From Candidatus Magasanikiibacteriota bacterium (GTDB taxonomy: Bacteria; Patescibacteriota; Patescibacteriia; Magasanikbacterales; GWA2-37-8), in the NCBI GenBank assembly GCA_041666745.1, contig JBAYGI010000001.1, forward strand, positions 6,447-70,446: a stretch of 64,000 nucleotides of DNA, given 5' to 3'. Under the pieces are notes generated by a model that saw nothing but the letters and a program-made list of their open reading frames with translations, was not told the DNA's origin and did not search any database. The stretch's first letter is position 1; each line of letters starts with the position of its first letter. The position numbers and the translations under genes are program-made. Shown here piece by piece: positions 18,533 through 28,050 of this stretch.

Positions 18533-19543
18533 ATGTCTAAAAAACTTTTTGATTTTATTTCCTCTTTTGGCATGATGCTTGTCGGGGTTATTTTGCTTTT
18601 TGTTGGTTCAGTTTCTTATCCGCAAGTTTCTCAGAAAGTTTCTTTTTTGCCAAAGTCAAACCCACGAATCATGATGGTTGGTGGTGATGAGCAACCGACA
18701 GTCTTGCCGATTAGTCACCCAAATGTACCGTTAAAAAAAGATCAAGCGGTTTGTGATATTAAATTAACTGCCGCCGCTTCTATTTTGATGGATGATAAAA
18801 CGGATACTGTTTTGTTTGAACAAAATGCGGATGTTGTTCGACCGCTCGCCAGCATTTCCAAATTGATGTCCGCTTTGGTTTTGCTTGATTTGAATCCTGA
18901 TTGGAACAAAGTCGTAGAAATTACATCGGATATTTATGATAACAATAGCCATTTTGTAAATGTTGGTGAAAAATTTGTCATGAGTGATTTGTGGGATATA
19001 GCTTTGGTGGGTTCTTCCAACAGCGCTATCAATGCTTTGGTGAATGGTAGTGGAATAAAAACAGAAGATTTTGTTATGAAAATGAACGAAAAAGCACAAG
19101 ATTTACGTTTGCGAAGTTTGCATTTTGTTGAGCCGACCGGTATTGATGAACGCAATGTTGGGAGTGCGCGAGACATCGCTCGATTGTTAAAATATGCTTT
19201 GGCTAGTGATAAAATTTTTAATACTTTACAAACACCGGAATATTACGCCAAGCCACTCGGTCAAAAACCACGTCGCATTTGGACTACTGATTGGTTGTTG
19301 TCGAAATGGGTGCCAAATAATTTTGGCGATTTGACGATTGCCGGCAAGACCGGATACATCGATGATTCAAAATATAATTTTGCTGTGCGCATAGAAAATG
19401 GCGGTAAACGGGCTATTCGTACGGTAGTGTTGGGTGCCGACACGATGGAGGCGAGATTTAGTGAAGCGCGGGATTTGGCGATGTGGGCTTTCACTCATTA
19501 TTCTTGGCCTGGGGATAGTGGTTATGAAAAATTAGTTCAGTAA
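18533..19543 (+). CDS. D-alanyl-D-alanine carboxypeptidase/endopeptidase (peptidase S11)
   Basis: SxxK (ASISKLM), SxN (SSN) and KTG motifs. Confidence 0.88.
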   Translation: MSKKLFDFISSFGMMLVGVILLFVGSVSYPQVSQKVSFLPKSNPRIMMVGGDEQPTVLPISHPNVPLKKDQAVCDIKLTAAASILMDDKTDTVLFEQNADVVRPLASISKLMSALVLLDLNPDWNKVVEITSDIYDNNSHFVNVGEKFVMSDLWDIALVGSSNSAINALVNGSGIKTEDFVMKMNEKAQDLRLRSLHFVEPTGIDERNVGSARDIARLLKYALASDKIFNTLQTPEYYAKPLGQKPRRIWTTDWLLSKWVPNNFGDLTIAGKTGYIDDSKYNFAVRIENGGKRAIRTVVLGADTMEARFSEARDLAMWAFTHYSWPGDSGYEKLVQ

Positions 19544-19603
19544 ATAAAAAAAATAATCCCAACTACCTTTGGGATTTTTTTATTTTTGTGGTATAATATA
19601 TTT

Positions 19604-20758
19604 ATGAAATTAAAAAGTATCAAAGAGGCAAAACATTTGCTTGGTCAGCGTATTTTGGTACGTGTAGATTTTAATGTTCCGGTAAAAAATGGAAAAGTGG
19701 CGGACAATTGGAAAATTCAAGCCAGTTTACCGACAATAAAATTTTTACTACACAATGGCGCGCGAGTAATTTTGGTCAGTCATTTGGGGCGTCCTACCAA
19801 AAAAGAAAAAAGATTTTCGCTTTTACCGGTAGCCAAAGAACTCGAAAAATTAATTGGCATTAAAGTATTTTTTGGCAGTTTGGAAAATCGTGATGATTGG
19901 GAAGGAGAAAAATTGGTGTTGTTGGAAAATATTCGATTTTATAAAGGTGAAGACACCAACGACTTGAAATTTGTGAAACAACTTTCGCAATTAGCTGATG
20001 TTTTTGTTTTGGATGGTTTTGCGGTGGCGCATCGTGATTGTGCTTCAGTTAGCGGGGTAACAAAATATTTGCCTGCTTATGCCGGCTTGTTGCTGGTTTC
20101 AGAAGTGGAAGGTTTGTCCAAGACAATTTCCAGTCCAAAACAGCCGATGGTTGTGATGTTAGGTGGTTTAAAAATCGAAACCAAATTATTGGTTTTGAAA
20201 AATTTACTACCAAAGGCCGGTAAAATTTTATTGGCCGGGGAGATATTCAATACTTATTTGTGGGCAAAAGGGCATGATGTAGGTATTTCAGTAGTTGATA
20301 AAAAATTAAAAAGCATTGTTTTGAGTTGTTTGAAAAATAAAAAAATAATATTGCCGATTGATGTGGTGGTTGGTACAGAAAAAGGCAAAAACGCCCGCAT
20401 GGTTGCATTGGACAAAAAATTAGTATTAAAAAAAGACGAAGGTATTTTTGATATCGGACCAAAAACCGTTTTATTATTTTCAAAGCATTTAAAAACTGCC
20501 AAAACTTTGATTTGGAATGGGGCGATGGGTAAATTCGAACAACCTCCATACCATCACAGCACCTACGCGTTAGCGCGTTTATTTGCCAGTCGATCCAAGG
20601 GTAAGGCCTTTGGTGTTTGTGGGGGAGGTGAGACTTTGGAGATATTGCGCCATCTCGATTTGTTAAATGATATAGATTTGGTTTCTACCGGCGGTGGAGC
20701 AATGTTGGAATTTTTAAGTGGCAAAAAATTACCGGGTTTAAAAAATTTATTAAAATAA
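19604..20758 (+). CDS. pgk: Phosphoglycerate kinase
   Basis: Motifs RVDFNVP, SHLGRP, LLENIRF and STGGGA; extended -10 TGGTATAAT just upstream. Confidence 0.95.
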   Translation: MKLKSIKEAKHLLGQRILVRVDFNVPVKNGKVADNWKIQASLPTIKFLLHNGARVILVSHLGRPTKKEKRFSLLPVAKELEKLIGIKVFFGSLENRDDWEGEKLVLLENIRFYKGEDTNDLKFVKQLSQLADVFVLDGFAVAHRDCASVSGVTKYLPAYAGLLLVSEVEGLSKTISSPKQPMVVMLGGLKIETKLLVLKNLLPKAGKILLAGEIFNTYLWAKGHDVGISVVDKKLKSIVLSCLKNKKIILPIDVVVGTEKGKNARMVALDKKLVLKKDEGIFDIGPKTVLLFSKHLKTAKTLIWNGAMGKFEQPPYHHSTYALARLFASRSKGKAFGVCGGGETLEILRHLDLLNDIDLVSTGGGAMLEFLSGKKLPGLKNLLK

Positions 20759-20767
20759 TTTAAATAT

Positions 20768-21589
20768 ATGCCTGTCTCAACAAAAACGCCAACTCCCGTT
20801 TCTGCACAAAAAAAAGAGTGCTGTAGTGGACATAGTTGCTTTGGTAAAAAACTTATCAAAACATTAGTAGGTATTTTATTGGTGTATGTTATCGTGTTCA
20901 TGGGAACTGCGATTCGCAATAATGGTAAAAAATATTTTTATATCGGCAAAGCCGATCAGATGGAACGCACTATCGTGGTTTCCGGATATGGCAAAGTAAA
21001 CGGAAACAACGATATTGCTGTGACTACCATTGGATATTCCAATACGGACAAAGATGTAGCCAAAGCTCAATTGGATAATAAAAAGGTAATGGATCAGATC
21101 ATGACAGACTTGAAAGCCTTGAGTGTCGCGGAAAAAGATTTACAAAGTAATTACACGATTTATCCCGACTACAACTACACCCAACAAAAAGGTCAGGAAT
21201 TAATCGGATACAAAGTTACCAATCAGCTCACTATCAAAATTCGAGATCTGAGTAAAATCCCTCAAATTTTGGGACTGGCCGGAAAATACGGAGCGACTGA
21301 GGTCAGTGGTTTGAATTTTACCATTGATGATCCGGAAAATTTAAAAATGGACGCTCGCGCCAAAGCGTTGGCCGATGCCAAATTGAAAGCTCAATACTTA
21401 TCGGAAAAATTGGGTGTACGTTTGGGTTCAGTAGTTTCTTTCAATGAATACGAGGGCACAAATGATGTATATCCGATGAAATCCGCGATTTTTAGCACAG
21501 CCGAAGGTGGTGGCGGTCCGGAATCAGTGTCCAGTGGTAGCAAAGACGTGGTAATGAACGTTAGCGTTACTTACGAAATCATGCCCTAA
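20768..21589 (+). CDS. SIMPL/DUF541 domain protein
   Basis: N-terminal TM helix; motifs TIVVSGYGKV, GYKVTNQL and ARAKALADAK. Confidence 0.85.
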   Translation: MPVSTKTPTPVSAQKKECCSGHSCFGKKLIKTLVGILLVYVIVFMGTAIRNNGKKYFYIGKADQMERTIVVSGYGKVNGNNDIAVTTIGYSNTDKDVAKAQLDNKKVMDQIMTDLKALSVAEKDLQSNYTIYPDYNYTQQKGQELIGYKVTNQLTIKIRDLSKIPQILGLAGKYGATEVSGLNFTIDDPENLKMDARAKALADAKLKAQYLSEKLGVRLGSVVSFNEYEGTNDVYPMKSAIFSTAEGGGGPESVSSGSKDVVMNVSVTYEIMP

Positions 21590-21595
21590 ATACGG

Positions 21596-21631
21596 ATTAA
21601 AAAAAGAGGTGTAAAAAACCTCTTTTTTAAT
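21596..21631 (+). terminator. Intrinsic terminator
   Basis: AAAAAGAGGT/ACCTCTTTTT stem. Confidence 0.7.
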
Positions 21632-21676
21632 TTACCTCAGTATGCTATAATTGATAATAAATATTTATTCAATTAT

Positions 21677-22924
21677 ATGAAGATAAAGCAAATTCTCGGG
21701 AGGGAAATTCTTGACTCACGTGGCAATCCAACCGTAGAAGCTAAAGTTGTTTTAGAAAATGGTATTATTGGCGTTGCCAAAGTTCCGTCCGGAGCGTCTA
21801 CCGGTTCGCATGAGGCGCTGGAATTGCGCGATGGTGGAAAACGCTATGGTGGCAAAGGGGTGCTCAAGGCGGTAAAAAACGTCAACACGACTATTGCCAA
21901 AAATTTGACCGGCTTGGAAGTGGAAGATCTAAAAGGTTTGGATAAAAAAATGTTGGATTTGGATGGGACAAAAAATAAAACCAATTTGGGAGCCAATGCG
22001 ATTTTGGCGGTATCGATGGCGGCGGCACGAGCTGGGGCAGATTCAAAAAAATTACCTCTATACAAATACTTGCGCCAAGTTTATGAGATCAAAGAAAAAG
22101 AATATCGCTTACCAGTGCCGATGATGAATATTTTAAATGGCGGTCGTCATGCTGACAACGGTTTGTCTATTCAGGAGTTTATGATTATTCCACGCCACAA
22201 ATTGATGAGCGAACGAGTGCGTATGGGGTCACAGATTTTTCACGCATTGGCGAATATTTTAAGTCAAAAAGGATATGTGACTTCAGTAGGTGATGAAGGT
22301 GGTTTTGCTCCGGAGTTATTAAACAACGAACGCGCGTTGCAGGTTATTATTGAGGCGATTAAATATACCGGTTGGATTCCGGGCAAGCATGTATTTTTGG
22401 GTTTGGACATTGCCGCCTCAGAATTTTTTCATGGTAAAAAATATTATTTTGTTAATAAAAAACAAGGTTGGAGCGCGGACAAAATGATGGACGTTTACAA
22501 ACAGTGGGTTAAAAAATATCCTATTATTTCCATTGAAGATGGATTGTCCGAAGATGATTGGGAAAATTGGCAGAAGTTGACCAAAGAAATTGGCGGTAAA
22601 ACTACGTTGGTTGGTGATGACCTGTTTGTGACCAACACCGAGCGTTTGCAAATGGGAATAAACCAAAAAGTGGGCAACGCCATTTTGATAAAATTAAATC
22701 AAATTGGAACAGTGAGTGAAACAATGTCCGCTATCAAACTCGCTCAACAAAATAACTACAAAGTGGCTGTGTCGCATCGCAGTGGTGAAACCAGTGATAC
22801 TTTTATCGCCGATTTGGCGGTGGCGGTCAATTCGGAATTTATCAAGACCGGATCACTTTCTCGTTCAGAGCGGGTTGAAAAATACAATCGTCTAATGGAA
22901 ATTGAAATAGAATTAGCCGGTTAA
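21677..22924 (+). CDS. eno: Enolase
   Basis: Motifs EILDSRGNPTVE, VPSGASTG and SHRSGET. Confidence 0.97.
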   Translation: MKIKQILGREILDSRGNPTVEAKVVLENGIIGVAKVPSGASTGSHEALELRDGGKRYGGKGVLKAVKNVNTTIAKNLTGLEVEDLKGLDKKMLDLDGTKNKTNLGANAILAVSMAAARAGADSKKLPLYKYLRQVYEIKEKEYRLPVPMMNILNGGRHADNGLSIQEFMIIPRHKLMSERVRMGSQIFHALANILSQKGYVTSVGDEGGFAPELLNNERALQVIIEAIKYTGWIPGKHVFLGLDIAASEFFHGKKYYFVNKKQGWSADKMMDVYKQWVKKYPIISIEDGLSEDDWENWQKLTKEIGGKTTLVGDDLFVTNTERLQMGINQKVGNAILIKLNQIGTVSETMSAIKLAQQNNYKVAVSHRSGETSDTFIADLAVAVNSEFIKTGSLSRSERVEKYNRLMEIEIELAG

Positions 22925-22925
22925 T

Positions 22926-24470
22926 ATGACTGAACACAAAACTACATTATTGGTTATTTTAGATGGTTGGGGCATAGAACAAAAAGAAAATACTCTCAAT
23001 CCAATTGTGCCTGAACACGCCCCAAATTATTTTGATTTTCTAAAAAAATATCCCAATACTCAACTACAAGCCAGTGGTGAAGCGGTCGGCTTGTTTAAAG
23101 GACAAGAAGGAAACAGTGAAGCCGGACATATCAATTTGGGGGCTGGTAGAGTAGTAAAGCAAGATGCTTTGTATATTAGCGACGCGATTGCCAATGGAAC
23201 ATTTTTTAAAAACAACGCTTTTCATCAGGCGTTGCATCATGTCAAAAAATACAATACCGCCGTTCATTTGATGGGATTATTGTCCAACCACAATAGTGCT
23301 CATTCCTGTCCGGAACACTTGTATGCTTTGATAGATTTGTTGCATCGAGAAAAAATTAAAAAAGTTTATTTACATTTATTTACCGATGGGCGTGACTCCG
23401 CTCAACATGATGCGGTGCGTCACTTGGAAAATCTGAGGGAACATCTCAAAGGCAATGAAAAAATAGCCACTGTGATAGGGCGTTTGTTTGCTATGGACAG
23501 GAATAAAAATTGGAAAAGAGTGAAGTATGCTTATGAAGCGCTGATACTTGGCAAAGGTATGACCGCCAACGGGGCAGAAGATGCGCTTCTAAAAGCCTAC
23601 AATCGTGGAGAAACAGATGAGTTTGTGGACCCAACTATAATATTGGAAAAGAAAAAACCGGTGGCTACTATCAAAAATAATGATGCGGTAATATTTTTCA
23701 ATTTGCGCAGTGATCGAGCCCGTGAGTTGACCAAAGCATTGGTTCAACCGGATTTTGAAAAAGTAAACCCGGGCGCTTTCAAACGATCACACATGCCAAA
23801 AAATATTCGGTTTGTCGCGTTGACAGATTTTGGCCCGGATCTTCCCGGTGTTTTGACCGCATATCCAAGTTGTGATGTAAAAAATAGTTTGGTGCAAGTT
23901 TTGTGTCCTAAAAAACAATTGTACGTCGCGGAATCAGAAAAATTTGCCCATGTCACTTATTTTTTTAATGGTGGTTATGCGCAACATTTTTGTGATGAAG
24001 ATTGGGTAAGAACACCAACTCCAACCGCTGAAAATTATGAAAATAAACCGGAAATGAATGCCAAAGGAGTGGGAGATAAAGTGGTAGAGGCTATTAAATC
24101 CGGCAAATACGATTTTATTGTTTGTAATTTTGCCAATGCCGACATGGTGGGGCATACTGGCAATTTCAAAGCCGGTCAAGAAGCAATAAAAGTAGTAGAC
24201 GAACAACTCGGTAGAATAGCCCAAGCTTTGACATCGGCCAAGGGCCAGGGTATAATCACAGCCGATCATGGCAATATCGAAGAAATGATGAATATACGAA
24301 CCGGTGGAGTGGATACGGAGCATTCTTTGAATCCGGTGCCGTGTATTATAATCGGATCAGGAGCCAAACAAATTCACAAATCCGGCAAGCTGGCCGACGT
24401 GGCTCCAACATTATTAAAAATGATGGGAGTGGAAAAACCAAAAGAGATGACCGGTAAATCATTAATATAA
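22926..24470 (+). CDS. gpmI: 2,3-BPG-independent phosphoglycerate mutase, copy 1
   Basis: Motifs ILDGWG, GNSEAGH, TDGRD, DMVGHTG and TADHGN. Confidence 0.93.
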   Translation: MTEHKTTLLVILDGWGIEQKENTLNPIVPEHAPNYFDFLKKYPNTQLQASGEAVGLFKGQEGNSEAGHINLGAGRVVKQDALYISDAIANGTFFKNNAFHQALHHVKKYNTAVHLMGLLSNHNSAHSCPEHLYALIDLLHREKIKKVYLHLFTDGRDSAQHDAVRHLENLREHLKGNEKIATVIGRLFAMDRNKNWKRVKYAYEALILGKGMTANGAEDALLKAYNRGETDEFVDPTIILEKKKPVATIKNNDAVIFFNLRSDRARELTKALVQPDFEKVNPGAFKRSHMPKNIRFVALTDFGPDLPGVLTAYPSCDVKNSLVQVLCPKKQLYVAESEKFAHVTYFFNGGYAQHFCDEDWVRTPTPTAENYENKPEMNAKGVGDKVVEAIKSGKYDFIVCNFANADMVGHTGNFKAGQEAIKVVDEQLGRIAQALTSAKGQGIITADHGNIEEMMNIRTGGVDTEHSLNPVPCIIIGSGAKQIHKSGKLADVAPTLLKMMGVEKPKEMTGKSLI

Positions 24471-24471
24471 T

Positions 24472-26049
24472 ATGGCTTATAAATTAGTAACGTTAGCAAT
24501 TTTTGATGGTTTGGGTGTGGCACCTGATTCGGATGGCAACGCGGTCACTCGCGCTAAAATGCCAAATTTCAAAAATTATATAAAAAATTATCCGGTCATG
24601 ACGGTGTTTGCTTCCGGAAATGAAGTTGGTTTGTCATTTGGTGAAATGGGTAATTCGGAAGTAGGCCATCTCAACATTGGTGCTGGTCGTGTATATTATC
24701 AGTCTTGTCCGCGTATTAATAACGAAATTGGTAACGGTGAATTTTTTAAGAACACGGCTTTTTTGGGCGCGTTGGAACATATCAAAAAAAATAAATCCAA
24801 TTTGCATTTGATCGGACTGCTGGGTATTGGCAATGTTCATGCCAGCGATAGTCATCTGTATGCCTTGTTGGATTTTTGCGCTCAAAACAAATTAGAAAAA
24901 AATGTATTTGTGCATGGGGTGTTGGATGGACGTGATGCCTTGTACAACTCCGGTAAAAATTTCGTGACTGATTTGTTGGCAAAAATGAAAGTGACGAAAG
25001 TTGGACAGATTGCTTCTTTGTCCGGACGTTTTTATGCTTTGGATCGAGACAACCGCTGGGATCGTTGTGAAAAAGCTTATCAGGCAATGGCGCTGGGAAA
25101 AGCAGATAGAAACAGTGATGATCCGTTGAAAATTATAGATGAATCTTATGAACAAAAAAATTACGATGAAGAATTTGTACCGACAGTGATCACCAAGGGT
25201 GGAAAACCGGTAGCCACTATCAAAGAAAATGACGCGGTAATTTTTTTCAATTTTCGTCCGGATCGAGCGCGTGAGTTGACCAAAGCTTTTGTTTTGCCCG
25301 GGTTTAATAAATTCGAAAGAGAATATATAAAAAATTTATTTTTTGTAACCATGACGGAATTTGAAAAAGATTTGCCAGCCGTAGTGGCTTATCCGCCGAT
25401 TGTGGTGCACAATTCGTTGGCTGAAACGGTGAGCAAAGCCGGTAAAAAACAATTTCATGTGGCCGAAACAGAAAAATACGCGCATATCACTTTCTTTTTA
25501 AACGGGACGGTTGAGGAACCATTTGCGGGAGAAGATAGAATGATTGTTCCTTCACCAAAGGTGTCTTCTTATTCTGAAGCGCCGGAAATGTCGGCAGCTT
25601 TGGTATCCAAAGAAGCAGTGAAAGCAATCGATAGTGGAAAATATGATTTGGTCGCTTTGAATTTTGCCAATGCGGATATGGTTGGTCATACTGGTGATTT
25701 GGCAGCTACCATCAAAGGGTGCGAAGCGGCCGATAAAGCTCTAGGTGAAGTGGTTGAGCACACTTTGGCCAAAGGTGGCGTGGTAGTGATAACCGCTGAC
25801 CATGGCAATGCGGAAGAAGTGATAAATTTACAAACTGGCGCAATGGACAAAGAACATTCCACCAATCCGGTGCCATTGTTGGTTGTTGGCAAAGATTTTG
25901 AAGGACAAGCCGGTCCGGCTGGTGAGCCACCCGAGGGGGATTTGAGTTTGATGCATCCAGTCGGGGTGTTGGCCGATGTAGCGCCGACAGTTTTGAGTCT
26001 GATGGGTGTACCACAACCACCGGAAATGACTGGCGCGGCTTTGATTTAA
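24472..26049 (+). CDS. gpmI: 2,3-BPG-independent phosphoglycerate mutase, copy 2
   Basis: Motifs IFDGLG, GNSEVGH, LDGRD, DMVGHTG and TADHGN. Confidence 0.93.
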   Translation: MAYKLVTLAIFDGLGVAPDSDGNAVTRAKMPNFKNYIKNYPVMTVFASGNEVGLSFGEMGNSEVGHLNIGAGRVYYQSCPRINNEIGNGEFFKNTAFLGALEHIKKNKSNLHLIGLLGIGNVHASDSHLYALLDFCAQNKLEKNVFVHGVLDGRDALYNSGKNFVTDLLAKMKVTKVGQIASLSGRFYALDRDNRWDRCEKAYQAMALGKADRNSDDPLKIIDESYEQKNYDEEFVPTVITKGGKPVATIKENDAVIFFNFRPDRARELTKAFVLPGFNKFEREYIKNLFFVTMTEFEKDLPAVVAYPPIVVHNSLAETVSKAGKKQFHVAETEKYAHITFFLNGTVEEPFAGEDRMIVPSPKVSSYSEAPEMSAALVSKEAVKAIDSGKYDLVALNFANADMVGHTGDLAATIKGCEAADKALGEVVEHTLAKGGVVVITADHGNAEEVINLQTGAMDKEHSTNPVPLLVVGKDFEGQAGPAGEPPEGDLSLMHPVGVLADVAPTVLSLMGVPQPPEMTGAALI

Positions 26050-26065
26050 AATTTCAGTTTATTAA

Positions 26066-26112
26066 AAATAAAAAAAATCCCTGATTAATTTAGTTCAGGG
26101 ATTTTTTTATTT
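26066..26112. terminator. Bidirectional terminator between convergent genes
   Basis: AAAAAAATCCCTGA/TCAGGGATTTTTTT. Confidence 0.7.
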
Positions 26113-27232
26113 CTTCAGTAATTATTTTTTCGGCATCCATCAACGTGGTGTTTTCTATAGAAATTTTTGATTGCTCGATGGTACCGCTAGGATTGTGTGG
26201 TTTGAATAATAGGCGAGTGTCATGTCCTTTTTTGGAATGTAAAATACCATTGACAATTTTTTGTCCGGAAGAATTTTCTGTTTCGTAAAGTATTAATATT
26301 AAATCGATTTCCGGTGAATTTCCGATTAATTCAGAAATAATATCTCGCAAACTTTCTTCGGTAGTACCACAGTTGATAAAATCATCTTTGGTAATAGTTG
26401 TCCAGGCGAAATGTTTTTCCGGATCAATTTTTAATTTAGACAAAGCTGTTCCCCAAAGTTTTAGTGTGGACAAACTGCGGGTGCGATATAAATTTTGAAT
26501 AATTTTTTCTCGATTGGCGCCGTGATTGATCAACTCGCTCGCGGCTTGTAAAGTGAACGGAGTAACGTTGGTGGTTTTAAAACTATGAGTGGCCGAAATC
26601 ATGCCGGTCAAAATTGCGGTAGCGCTGTTTTCTTCCGAATATCTTTCCCAAAGTTGTTTGCTTAGTTTGTAAATTATTTCACCAATGGAAGTAGCGTTGA
26701 GATCCACATAATTTATTTGTCCATAGCGTTCATTGGTGGCGTGAAAATCAATATTAATAATATTAGTGCGATAAAATAAATCGGTGTTGTTCAAAAATAT
26801 TGATCCCAAACTTTCCAAGTCAGATGTTCCGAGAGTGATGATCAGATCATACTTGTAAGCGGATTGAGCGGTGCGTAATTCGTCCTTGGTGAGCAAACCA
26901 TTTTTGGGAGTTAAATAAATAGAGAGCCAATTGTCTTTGACATCATAGCTTAGACTTTCTATTTTGGCGTGAGATACGTCAACTTTGATTATTAATTTTT
27001 GTAAATGTTCCAGTTCAGATTTGATGTTTTTTAGCCCAGTCAAAAAGCTAAGGTTTTTTGCCGGTAAAAAATTTGGACAAGCAATATCTACAGATTTGTG
27101 ACTTTTTTCCAAAAAAGAAAACAAAGCCAAAGCAGAGGCAGTGGCATCAGTGTTTTCGTGGTTGTTGAAAACGATCAGTACATGTCGACTATTTTCAATT
27201 TCCTGTTTGATTTGTTGGATTTCGTTTAACAT
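26090..27232 (-). CDS. DHH-family (NrnA-like) phosphoesterase with degenerate motifs
   Basis: Motifs IINIDFHATNERYG, ATSIGEII and ILTGMISAT.SF; the DHH motif reads DFH. Confidence 0.8.
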   Translation of the reverse strand: MLNEIQQIKQEIENSRHVLIVFNNHENTDATASALALFSFLEKSHKSVDIACPNFLPAKNLSFLTGLKNIKSELEHLQKLIIKVDVSHAKIESLSYDVKDNWLSIYLTPKNGLLTKDELRTAQSAYKYDLIITLGTSDLESLGSIFLNNTDLFYRTNIINIDFHATNERYGQINYVDLNATSIGEIIYKLSKQLWERYSEENSATAILTGMISATHSFKTTNVTPFTLQAASELINHGANREKIIQNLYRTRSLSTLKLWGTALSKLKIDPEKHFAWTTITKDDFINCGTTEESLRDIISELIGNSPEIDLILILYETENSSGQKIVNGILHSKKGHDTRLLFKPHNPSGTIEQSKISIENTTLMDAEKIITEEIKKSLN

Positions 27233-27399
27233 AGGCAATGGGTGATTTTACCAGTAAAATGGAGGGCTGTCAAGGGAGTTGGGCAGATTTTTGTTAATAA
27301 AATTTGACATAAATAACGTGGTAGTTTAGCTATTGAGAGGGGCCCCTCTGTCGACTAGGTTAACAACAAGTTTGTTAGTCGTGCTCACAGGAGGATTCC

Positions 27400-27981
27400 A
27401 TGAATTCAATGAAAGTACGTACGTGGGGAACGCGAGGTTCGGTGTCTGTCTCTGGTCCGGACAAGGTCCGGTATGGTGGCAACACCACTTGTATTGAGGT
27501 CATCTCGGACTGCATCCAGAAGGGTAACGGTTTGGTGGTGGACGGTGGAACGGGCTTTGTTCCGTGCACCGATTCGCTGTTGGGCCGTGGAATCATGAAG
27601 GTCAACGTCCTGATGACACACGAGCACCATGATCACACCATGGGTATCCCATTGTCCGGCCATCCGTTCATCGACGGCGCTCACACCAGTGTGTGGGGGC
27701 CACACGAGCACGGGGTCGGGCCGTTGGAGATGCTCGAGTACCTGTTCCGTCCTCCAATGTTCCCGGTCGATTTCCGGACACTGAAGCATCGGTTTTCAAC
27801 CCACAATCTGGCGGTGATCGGCACGCAGGTGTTGCTCATTCACCCGATCGGTGGGTTCCAGCTTCATCAGGCGAGCGTGTTCAAACAGGCTGAAGCCACA
27901 GGGCGTCAGCTCACATTCGCGGGTGGCAAGAAGTTCATTTTTTGGGAGTTTTTTTGTTCTTGCAATTTTATCTATATTTAG
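27400..27981 (+). pseudogene. 3'-truncated MBL-fold metallo-hydrolase, GC-rich foreign insert
   Basis: Motifs WGTRGS, RYGGNTTCIEV, VDGGTG and THEHHDH. GC-rich sequence ends abruptly near 27937, and the later MBL motifs are absent. Confidence 0.75.
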
Positions 27982-28050
27982 GTAAAATATTAAGGCGAAT
28001 GGAAAATATAATTTTTAAACAAAAATGCTATTTTAAGCTAAATTTTAGAT

